Shown here: positions 1 through 8,445 of the stretch, in pieces | Layout: the number at the start of each line of letters is the position of its first letter | How positions within the stretch are numbered: position 1 is the stretch's first letter | NCBI GenBank assembly: GCA_051294375.1 | Contig: JBJCIZ010000054.1 | Span: 18,180 to 46,436, forward strand | DNA from: Paraspadella gotoi | Taxonomy: Eukaryota; Animalia; Chaetognatha | Reading direction: 5' to 3' | Length of the DNA stretch: 28,257 nucleotides | Notes under the pieces: model-generated | The model's input: only the letters and a program-made list of their open reading frames with translations | Database searches by the model: none | What the model was told of the DNA's origin: nothing | Made by a program: the position numbers and the translations under genes

Positions 1-383
1 TTTCACCAGTGATAGGATTAGTGATATGGCTACTGACAATATGTGGGTTAGCTATGTACCTTGAGTCGGTGACTTCACGTATGATTTCACCTTTAAGGAG
101 CATATTCACATAATTCTGCAATATTTCCGCTTTTGCAGGGGACATGCGTCGATAGCGATCTATGGTAGGAGGTGGATACGGATTTTCTCTCTCATCTACC
201 CACCCAGGTCCAGGAAAATTCCTACATAATTCCAACATAAATTTTATTTAATTTATTCCTCAGCCTTAAGGGGCTCCAACTCCTTAAGTTCTTTTTTCAG
301 ATCCTCCCATTTGAACTCTGCCAGAAATTTCTCCTTATCGGGCCACCATTCATCTTCCTTCACATCCCTGTTTCTTTCTTTTT
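1..383 (-). pseudogene. pol: pol fragment: linker and N-terminal part of reverse transcriptase, disrupted near 248-255
   Basis: Manual translation of 238->1 gives MLELCRNFPGPGWVDERENPYPPPTIDRYRRMSPAKAEILQNYVNMLLKGEIIREVTDSRYIANPHIV. This matches the Ty3/Gypsy RT start pattern (YRMSP..e.i...v..ml..GiIr.s.sp.asP..lV). The upstream frame stops at 253-255. Confidence 0.8.
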
Positions 384-653
384 NNNNNNNNNNNNNNNNN
401 NNNNNNNNNNNNNNNNNNNNNNNNNNNNNNNNNNNNNNNNNNNNNNNNNNNNNNNNNNNNNNNNNNNNNNNNNNNNNNNNNNNNNNNNNNNNNNNNNNNN
501 NNNNNNNNNNNNNNNNNNNNNNNNNNNNNNNNNNNNNNNNNNNNNNNNNNNNNNNNNNNNNNNNNNNNNNNNNNNNNNNNNNNNNNNNNNNNNNNNNNNN
601 NNNNNNNNNNNNNNNNNNNNNNNNNNNNNNNNNNNNNNNNNNNNNNNNNNNNN
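384..653. other. Assembly gap (N run); a further short gap at 717-726
   Basis: Runs of N in the sequence. Confidence 1.
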
Positions 654-716
654 CAGGAACAGGTGTCAAAGATTTCGCTTTTAAAACGACAGGCAAAGGA
701 GAATAAAACGTAATAT
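654..716 (-). pseudogene. Short pol-like fragment between gaps, possibly the post-protease/dUTPase-like region
   Basis: One frame reads ITFYSPLPVVLKAKSLTPVP, which loosely resembles the dUTPase-fold start 'lys...vvi.p.....vp'. Too short to be sure. Confidence 0.25.
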
Positions 717-726
717 NNNNNNNNNN

Positions 727-962
727 TTAAATTTCATATTAAAATGACTCATAGTGGCAAAAAATTCTTCGAGGTCATCCAAATGGGACTTGTGGTCCAT
801 AGACGCGACTGCGTAGTCATCGATGAAAACAAAGCAAAAGGGCATCTTTTTGCAGATAAAATTAGACACTTTCTGAGCGTCTTGCGGTGCAGATTTCAAT
901 CCCATAGCGTAACCGCAGAAAACAAAGATCTTAGACTGTGCATAAAATGCACCAATGTCTTC
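727..962 (-). pseudogene. pol: Reverse transcriptase catalytic core fragment
   Basis: EDIGAFYAQSKIFVFCGYAMGLKSAPQDAQKVSNFICKKMPFCFVFIDDYAVASMDHKSHLDDLEEFFATMSHFNMKF contains the GLKxAP motif, a YxDD-equivalent FIDD and the 'H..dL..vf..l...n.k' helix typical of Ty3/Gypsy RT. Confidence 0.9.
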
Positions 963-2470
963 TTTAGGCTAGTTTCTAATGAGATGTATTCGATAATATT
1001 CTTACAATCTTTAATAGTGGTTTTAATAACTTTATTAGACTTGTCTATAATATGTAAAATATCCATTTCAGACAAATGTCGTTCTCCTGCACCTGTGCCG
1101 GGGAGGAGGGCTTCGCCACCAAGCCGCCGTTTCGTCGTCCATTCACCGGCCACCTCTACCACGAGGTTGCGGTGCCCGAAAACTCCGTACGCTTGGGAGA
1201 AATCCTCTCCTCCAGCTGCGCCGCCGTACTGCATCCGTTGCCGCTGATTCTGGCCATTCAATCCCCTCGGAGGACCAAGCCACGACTTGCAGTAGCTGCA
1301 GGACGAACAAAGCTGCAACGTTGAGAGCGATCCCTCGAATCCACGGGAGCAAAGCCGAAGAGGCCCTGCTGCTGCTCAGGAATCCTGCTGCTGAGGCTGC
1401 TGCTGCGGCGATCCTGCTGCTGGAATCGATCCTGTTGCTGACGACGATCCTGTTGCGAAATAGCACAAAGACGATCGCGCAATGGAGCGGGAGCAGGAGC
1501 GGGCGGAGGAGCTGCTGCAGGAGCGGGTCCCGTGTGAATCGATTGCGAAGGAGAGGAGAGCCCAGTCGCCAGACAAAACAACTTTTGGAGAAGTCGCCTT
1601 CGTCGGATTCGGTGCCAGCCGCACCAAGGTTAGTTCCGGTCCCAGGAAAAGGAGAGGCAAAAGGGTTGAAATCGGGAGCAGGTGTTGATTTTACGACAAT
1701 GGGAAGTCGAAAGGGATTTCTCACGCCACAACGGCGACAAAAACAATCGCCTTCCTCACAGGGAGAATGGTCGCAAGATTGACCCGCACCTTTTCTTTGA
1801 GTTTCAACATTCTCACAGTCATTGTTGACATCATAGGTGGCGGTCCGACGGGCGGCTCAACCGGCTGTCCGACAACTGGCGTATCGACAAAGGACGAGCG
1901 CGTCGCAAGGGGGAGGCGGATGACAATCAGCCGGGAAAAGTTCGTCAAGATCCAGCTGTCCATCCGGTTCTTGCATCTTCTCGTCAGGGCCAGCGGCGCT
2001 ATCAACCAAAGAGGCTGAGGTTCGTCAACACCGCCTTCTAATCTCTCCACGCAGTGAAGCAACTGCTGATAATTCTGCGTAGTTGATCCAGGCGCGGTCG
2101 AGGTTTCCTTTCGGAACTTTACCCCTTTTCGTACAGACGAAACTATATCGTTCTTCCTCCCCTTGTAGTGATGGGGATCGAATTCCCAAACAAAGCACTT
2201 ATCGCAATAGTGCCCGGCGAGAGGACAACCCGAAAGGTCGAGCAAGCGAGCTTTCTGAAGATCGCACTTCCGGCGGAGCTCCTTGTATTCCTCAAGCTTA
2301 TTGCTGTAGGCGCAAAGAAAAAGGCTTTAAGTTAGAAAATCATAGAATAGAATGCAACTCAAAGCTTCATATAAGATAACGAGATTCATCCAAATTATGT
2401 CTTAATTCGAAACATAAACAAATTAGTTAACATCGCTCGAACTGTTTTTTTTTTTTATAATTCTATAATT
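963..2470. repeat. Copy A of a ~1.5-kb direct duplication of the gag 5' region
   Basis: Near-identical to 3541-5061 from tttaggctagtttctaatgag to ...aattctataatt. Differences are mostly single-base indels. Confidence 0.97.
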
Positions 2471-2534
2471 ATTTTTAAAATTCTACTAGAGTCCCTTTTA
2501 TGGACTTCGCTGCCTCAAGGCAGCTCATTATTTG

Positions 2535-3653
2535 TCATTCAAAGTCAGATTCGTGAAATTCATAATCCTCAAAATCATCAGGAAAAGGTTCTTCGACCTT
2601 TTTAACCTTTTCCTTACCCTTCTTAGGTTCGACGCACTTCTTCGTCGAGGATGAGGGCAAAGACGCACGAAATTTCTCTCTGGAAGCGAGAAACTTAGTC
2701 AAATCATTCGGGCTCCTGTAACAGAGAAGAGACACGTGTTTACCAGCCTCGTTTCTCTGTTTACAAAACGCACAAGTTTTGACCGGACAAGACATCATGT
2801 TATGCCCCGGATTGAAACAGTGAAAACAAATACCGCTAGGAACTTTCTTTGCTTCAGCGGCGTCGAAAAGTTTACGCATTCGACTCTGCTTACCGACAAA
2901 AAGAGTGAAATCGTCCATATTATCGTCGACGTCGTCGTCGTTATCGCCTTTCTCCGAGTCGGACGATGAGTTATCGGGCGACGGAGAAGATCGGGCAGCG
3001 AGAGTTCGCCGCTGCGAAGACATCCGCTTAGAAGAAGACGAACTCAAAACAAGCTCAGGTGAGTTCGTATGAAAAATTTTATGTGATCGAGACGGTTTCT
3101 CGTATCGATCTCTTTTATCTTTATGCAAATTATCATGCAAAGCAGAAACGTCGTCAATGAGATCATTAAATTTTTTCTTCCAATAATTTGTATGTCGTAG
3201 AGTATCTTTTATCTCTCTACTATTCAAACCTTCTATAAATTTCCATTTATAATCTTCAGAAGATCGGCCAAGTCGATCACAAAATCCTTGAAAGCGGACA
3301 GAATATTCTTGTATATCTTCAGAACCCTGTCTAAGAGCACCAAAACCTTGTTCTAATGCTGACTCGAAACTAGGAAAACATACACGAAAAACTTTATCGA
3401 AAAAAACATTAACATCATAAGTAGCTAACCTTCCCATAACTCTATCACCAGTAGTTTTAATTCTACCCCGAAAATGGGCACATGCTATCAAACATTTCAC
3501 ACGATCGGGTGTTTCAGGAAAGTAGTTACCGATATCAACTTTTAGGCTAGTTTCTAATGAGATGTATTCGATAATATCTTTACAATCTTTAATAGTGGTT
3601 TTAATAACTTTATTAGACTTGTCTATAATATGTAAAATATCCATTTCAGACAA
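2535..3653 (-). CDS. gag: Gag capsid/nucleocapsid region (372-aa open frame; C-terminal part of a longer gag)
   Basis: LRQGSEDIQEYSVRF (retrotransposon gag Q-x-x-E...Y..RF motif), KFIEGLNSREIK, canonical knuckle CFHCFNPGHNMMSC (CX2CX4HX4C) and a second, atypical CAFCKQRNEAGKHVSLLC (CX2CX8HX4C). Confidence 0.9.
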   Translation of the reverse strand: MSEMDILHIIDKSNKVIKTTIKDCKDIIEYISLETSLKVDIGNYFPETPDRVKCLIACAHFRGRIKTTGDRVMGRLATYDVNVFFDKVFRVCFPSFESALEQGFGALRQGSEDIQEYSVRFQGFCDRLGRSSEDYKWKFIEGLNSREIKDTLRHTNYWKKKFNDLIDDVSALHDNLHKDKRDRYEKPSRSHKIFHTNSPELVLSSSSSKRMSSQRRTLAARSSPSPDNSSSDSEKGDNDDDVDDNMDDFTLFVGKQSRMRKLFDAAEAKKVPSGICFHCFNPGHNMMSCPVKTCAFCKQRNEAGKHVSLLCYRSPNDLTKFLASREKFRASLPSSSTKKCVEPKKGKEKVKKVEEPFPDDFEDYEFHESDFE

Positions 3654-5061
3654 ATGTCGTTCTCCTGCACCTGTGCCGGGGGAGGAGGGCTTCCGCCACC
3701 GAAGCCGCCGTTTCGTCGTCCATTCCCACGGCCACCTCTACCACGAGGTTGGCGGTGCCCGAAAACTCCGTACGCTTGGGAGAAATCCTCTCCTCCAGCT
3801 GCGCCGCCGTACTGCATCCGTTGCCGCTGATTCTGGCCATTCAATCCCCTCGGAGGACAAGCCACGACTTGCAGTAGCTGCAGGACGAACAAAGCTGCAA
3901 CGTTGAGAGCGATCCCTCGAATCCACGGGAGCAAAGCCGAAGAGGCCCTGCTGCTGCTCAGGATAATCCTGCTGCTGAGGCTGCTGCTGACGGCGATCCT
4001 GCTGCTGGAATCGATCCTGTTGCTGACGACGATCCTGTTGCGAAATAGCACAAAGACGATCGCGCAATGGAGCGGGAGCAGGAGCGGGCGGAGGAGCTGC
4101 TGCAGGAGCGGGTCCCGTGTGAATCGATTGCGAAGGAGAAGGAGAGCCCAAGTCCGCAGACAAAACAACTTTTGGAGAAGTCGCCGTCGTCGGATTGCGG
4201 TGCCAGCCGCACCAAGGTTAGTTCCGGTCCCAGGAAAAGGAGAGGCAAAAGGGTTGAAATCGGGAGCAGGTGTTGATTTACGACAATGGGAAGTCGAAAG
4301 GGATTTCTCACGCCACAACGGCGACAAAAACAATCGCCTTCTCACAAGGAGAATGGTCGCAAGATTGACCCGCACCTTTTCTTTGAGTTTCAACATTCTC
4401 ACGAGTCATTGTTGACATCATAGGTGGCGGTCCGACAGGCGGCTCAACCGGCTGTCCGACAACTTGCGTATCGGACAAAGGACGAGGCGGTCGCAAGGGG
4501 GGAGGCGGATGACAATCAGCCGGGAAAAGTTCGTCAAGACCAGCTGTCCATCCGGTTCTTGCATCTTCTCGTCAGGGCCAGCGGCGCTATCAACCAAAAG
4601 AGGCTGAGGTTCGTCAACACCGCCTTCTAATCTCTCCACGCAGTGAAGCAACTGCTGATAATTCTGGCGTAGTTGATCCAGGGCGCGGTCGAGGTTTCCT
4701 TTCGGAACTTTACCCCTTTTCGTACAGACGAAACTATATCGTTCTTCCTCTCCTTTGTAGTGATGGGGATCGAATTCCCAAACAAAGCACTTATCGCAAT
4801 AGTGCCCGGCGAGAGGACAACCCGAAAGGTCGAGCAAGCGAGCTTTCTGAAGATCGCACTTCCGGCGGAGCTCCTTGTATTCCTCAAGCTTATTGCTGTA
4901 GGCGCAAAGAAAAAGGCTTTAAGTTAGAAAATCATAGAATAGAATGCAACTCAAAGCTTCATATAAGATAACGAGATTCATCCAAATTATGTCTTAATTC
5001 GAAACATAAACAAATTAGTTAACATCGCTCGAACTGTTTTTTTTTTTTTAATTCTATAATT
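3541..5061. repeat. Copy B of the ~1.5-kb duplication, in native context and contiguous with gag
   Basis: Matches 963-2470. Confidence 0.97.
3654..4895 (-). pseudogene. gag: N-terminal Gag extension (Cys/His-rich, then Pro/Gln/Gly-rich), broken by frameshifts
   Basis: Overlapping ORF pieces join into NKLEEYKELRRKCDLQKARLLDLSGCPLAGHYCDKC...LDRALDQLRQNYQQLL...PAPAAAPPPAPAP...QQDRRQQQ...GRGGRGNGRRNGGFGGG...GTGAGERHLSEM, which runs into the gag frame. Indel positions differ between the two duplicated copies. Confidence 0.7.
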
Positions 5062-5156
5062 CATTTGGCCCTTTTTTTTTTTAATACCATCGAAATCATC
5101 AAACAAGTCTCATCGCCAAAAGGCAGTCGTTACTTTGTATACTTTGTATTACATTA

Positions 5157-5242
5157 TTCATTTATTCAAGTAACCCTCTTTTCATTTATTCATTTACCGT
5201 TCTATTCATTTATTCATTTACCGTTCTATTCATTTATTCATT
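5157..5242. repeat. 24-bp tandem repeat (ttcatttattcatttaccgttcta), ~3.5 copies
   Basis: Units start at 5157, 5181, 5205 and 5229. Confidence 0.9.
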
Positions 5243-5728
5243 GTCCTATTCATTAACCAAGTGCCCGAATACATGTTAACAAATATCTTCATAAACCAAA
5301 ATATTTGTCAATTTCGCGCATGAAATAGTTTGGACGGTACTTTGTCAAGATCTTCAGAACCTCGATCATCATGACTTTTATTTCACCACCACCAACTTCG
5401 TCTAAATTATTTAATTTAATTTAGTGTCGATACTCTCTCAAATATTAATATTTCAAAAATTTTATCAACATTCAGCTGATTGTGATAGAACCCATATTTT
5501 CGATTTTTCTTAAAATTTTATATTTACATCAAAGCAACATTTAGCGATCTGATTCATGTACCAATTATCCCAGTATTATCAGTTATCTTGTTATCTTGTA
5601 ACCCTCACCCCAATGCTGATTAAAGTTCAAACAAGGTGGACAAAAGCAATTATGGAATGAACCACAATAATTACTTCTGTCTGCCTTAATTATAATTGTC
5701 AAAACAAATAAACAACATTGAAACTGAC

Positions 5729-5853
5729 TTTGTTAATAGAGGCGAGGGTCGAGGAGCAGATGACGGTCGGGAGACGTCTCCTCCCTCTACGACGAAACAA
5801 TCGGGATCGAACCCGGCTTGAGCTAGGATGTCAGCAGTCGTCGAGGTGCTCAT
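5729..5853 (-). CDS. Candidate first coding exon of gag (MSTSTTADILAQAGFDPDCFVVEGGDVSRPSSAPRPSPLLT)
   Basis: GC-rich island in an AT-rich leader. ATG at 5853-5851, then donor-like AA|GTCAGT (5728-5723) in phase 2, matching the phase-2 acceptor at 4896. Confidence 0.5.
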
Positions 5854-6151
5854 AAGAAAGTTCGAAAAGTCAAACGAATCGCACAACGAATCGAAGCGAT
5901 CGTAACGTAAAAATAAACTGATAAACCTTGATTAAATGAGAGAATAGATATACGGTTAAACATATAAATGCTGCATCATTGGGTAAATAAATATTAGACA
6001 AACATAGCACATAAAAATAAAACAATTCTAAAATAATTCAATATCAATGAGGGAAAATAATATGATCGGGGAGATAAACATATTCGAATACAGTCCACAC
6101 GACACAGTGTCTATTCCGCCGAATTAAAAATAATGGCACGGGTCCAACTGT

Positions 6152-6826
6152 CTATTCGTCGTCCCAATTCTCTTCATCGGGAACCCCCAGAACGTGCAAC
6201 TTTAGGTCGTCGATGGAACGGGTAGCGTTCCAAAAACGGCGTTCCGCCTGTGGAACGCCCGCCAGGAAAAGAATTTCCATGGATAGGCCAACAGATGATG
6301 CTAAGTCGCCGGCTTGTGGGGAGTGAATGAGACCCTCCAGGGTCTCCTTCAGATGGATCGTTGCAATGGTCAGATCCGGATGTGGATCATACGACCGCGG
6401 CGCTTTCAAATCCAGGTATCCCTGGCCGTCGTCGTGCACCGGGCGCCATGGGATAAGTGGAAAAACCTCCACGAATCTTCCTGTGATGGCGGAGTCATCC
6501 CATGAGGGCGCTCCGCGGTGAGCTAGCACGGCCATCTCCGCGTACCTCCCATCGTCCTCCACCACCATGCCCATGGCGGTTTTGGGCCATCTCGAAAACG
6601 ACTTTTTTAGTTCGGAATCGGCCAGGAGCACGACCTCCTTGCACGAGCCATAGTAAAAACTTTCCTCATTATCCATGTTCGCCGCGTCCAACGGCGTCAA
6701 CGTCGCCGTCAATTGTCTGGGGATCTGGAACGCGGCCGATCTGACCCGCAGCGGCCGGTCGTAAAAGTTCGTCTTCGAAACCAACAAAATGGTCCTTATC
6801 CGCAAAAATTTGGCCATCGCCGACAT
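6152..6826 (-). CDS. Orphan 224-aa accessory ORF of the retroelement, function unknown
   Basis: Uninterrupted ATG-to-TAG frame, sharply more GC-rich than both flanks, normal amino-acid complexity, same strand as gag, located between PBS and gag. Confidence 0.7.
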   Translation of the reverse strand: MSAMAKFLRIRTILLVSKTNFYDRPLRVRSAAFQIPRQLTATLTPLDAANMDNEESFYYGSCKEVVLLADSELKKSFSRWPKTAMGMVVEDDGRYAEMAVLAHRGAPSWDDSAITGRFVEVFPLIPWRPVHDDGQGYLDLKAPRSYDPHPDLTIATIHLKETLEGLIHSPQAGDLASSVGLSMEILFLAGVPQAERRFWNATRSIDDLKLHVLGVPDEENWDDE

Positions 6827-7458
6827 TCCGAAAGATAGTGTATGTCAGATGATGTGTCGAAGCAAACTGACAAGAACAAATGATAATTAGAAAGATGAAA
6901 TTTTTTTTTTTTTCAATCTAAAATTTAATTTAAAATAGAGAGAAAAATACAAGACACGAACGATGCTCTTTTGTCTATGTTAGATTTTTCCGAAAATATA
7001 ATTTCCTTTCAGTCGCCAGATGTCGCGACAGATAGGGCGCGTAAAAACGCCAAACACAAAATAAGACAAATGAACAACGCGCAGATTATTGATACGAAGA
7101 AAATAAAATTCGAAATAACTCCGAAATATATCAAAATTAGACGAAAATTCGTATGATAAAAAAAAATGACATATAAATTTAAATCACGTAAAAGACGACA
7201 TTTATACCGCGAAAATAGTAAAATTCGATTATTTTTATTTTGTTGAATTTGGCGAGTAATCCATGTAGGTCGTCGCTCCGGCAAGTAGAAAATAAAATCC
7301 AAATTTCCGGCCGATGAAATAGCGATATTGAGAACGCAAAAATTAACTCGTAAAATTAAAATATGTATTTTAATAAGAAATACCCAATAGTCCGCCCGTA
7401 ACTCACACAAACGGAACTATCTTAAATTGGTATGAAAACCCTAGAAAGAAAACAGAGA

Positions 7459-7469
7459 CGCGGTCACCA
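7459..7469 (-). promoter_or_regulatory. Putative primer-binding site (tRNA-Trp-like)
   Basis: The minus strand reads TGGTGACCGCG. TGGTGACC is complementary to the ...GGTCACCA 3' end of animal tRNA-Trp. It lies at the expected place upstream of the ORFs. Confidence 0.55.
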
Positions 7470-7538
7470 TCTCTATATAGTATTGACACTCGCCAATCTA
7501 TTGTTTCTAAATCCTCAAAAGAGGCAATCTTAACCTCA

Positions 7539-7644
7539 TCCCAGCTTAATGGGCCTCCGACATTTGCAGAGGCAAATGGTCCCAGCTTAATGGGCCTCCG
7601 TCACTTGCAGAGGCAAATGGTCCCAGCTTAATGGGCCTCCGTCA
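7539..7644. repeat. 41-bp tandem repeat, ~2.6 copies
   Basis: tcccagcttaatgggcctccg(a/t)ca(t/c)ttgcagaggcaaatgg at 7539, 7580 and 7621 (partial). Confidence 0.95.
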
Positions 7645-7809
7645 AGGAACATTTGCATGGCAAATGCAAGGAAGCGAAAACGATTTATGTATTAAAGCGA
7701 CCACATGCGGTAAAAGTGCGCAAAAAAAAAAGTTCGACGCTATGTGGCGAATTCCATATTATTTCATGGTAATTCTTTAACGGGGTTTTCCGGTTTTTAC
7801 GTCGCCAAG

Positions 7810-7920
7810 GACGGCAGTTATGAGGCTCAACGCTGAGCAGGAGTTTTTCGTCTACTGTGCAGACGGCAGTTATAGAGCTCAACGCTGAGCCGGGGTTTTT
7901 CGTCTACTCCGCAGACGGCA
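7810..7920. repeat. 52-bp tandem repeat, ~2.1 copies
   Basis: gacggcagttat..gctcaacgctgagc..g.gtttttcgtctact..gca starting at 7810, 7862 and 7914 (partial). Confidence 0.93.
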
Positions 7921-8119
7921 TACCAACAAGCCCAAGTAAGCCAAGGCTCCCCACCCACGCTTGCAGGTGACAAGGACCCGTCAATATGCTAGCTTTACAT
8001 CCACCCACGCGGATGTGAAGGAGAGTGGAAATTAAACACCCCATTAGATAACTTATATCTTAATCTTAATTATCGTTATCAATATGAACCATATTAGCTC
8101 ATGAAAAACTCGCACCACA

Positions 8120-8128
8120 TCCCCACTT
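8120..8128 (-). promoter_or_regulatory. Polypurine-tract-like motif abutting the LTR start
   Basis: Minus strand AAGTGGGGA|TGTGG. Confidence 0.4.
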
Positions 8129-8408
8129 AAGGTAGCAGTAGCAACAAGAGACGTGGGGACGAACAAAGCCGATGCCACCATGTCGTCTTTATTACTAACT
8201 CCTGTAATAATTGACGAATCTATTTAGCCTAATATATTAAAAGAGGATTGAGTATTCATTATGATTATATTAAATAACGTGAAACAAACGAAAATAAACG
8301 GGAGGAATTACAAATTGTTACGCGGCCAAAATCACGACTGAAGAAATTACAAGCGATCGAGAACAAAAGCGTTTTGTTTACAATTCAGCGAAGGCCAATA
8401 CTTTTGTA

Positions 8409-8445
8409 AATAAAGAACGAGGCCGAAACGAAAACAACAACTCTT
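8409..8445 (+). repeat. 37-bp dispersed repeat, identical to 15521-15557
   Basis: aataaagaacgaggccgaaacgaaaacaacaactctt occurs at both positions. Confidence 0.9.

Larger units (their letters stand above)
7470..8119 (-). repeat. Putative LTR (~650 bp)
   Basis: Begins TGTGGTGCG at 8119, directly after a purine tract, and ends immediately before the PBS (ending ...GAGA rather than canonical CA). It holds internal tandem repeats. No second LTR is in the window to confirm. Confidence 0.5.
1..8128 (-). mobile_element. Ty3/Gypsy-like LTR retrotransposon, rearranged and partially duplicated; continues past the left window edge
   Basis: Read on the minus strand: putative LTR (8119-7470), TGG-initiated PBS, extra ORF, gag with major-homology-like motif and CCHC knuckle, then RT fragments (GLKSAP...FIDD; RMSPAKAEIL...LLKGEIIRE). 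Confidence 0.88.

Noticed and set aside
744-4927. Plus-strand ORFs overlapping the gag region
   Set aside because: Antisense shadows of GC-rich minus-strand coding sequence.
7539-7920. Hairpin-containing repeats as a CRISPR array
   Set aside because: Units are contiguous tandem copies without unique spacers, there are no cas genes and the context is eukaryotic.
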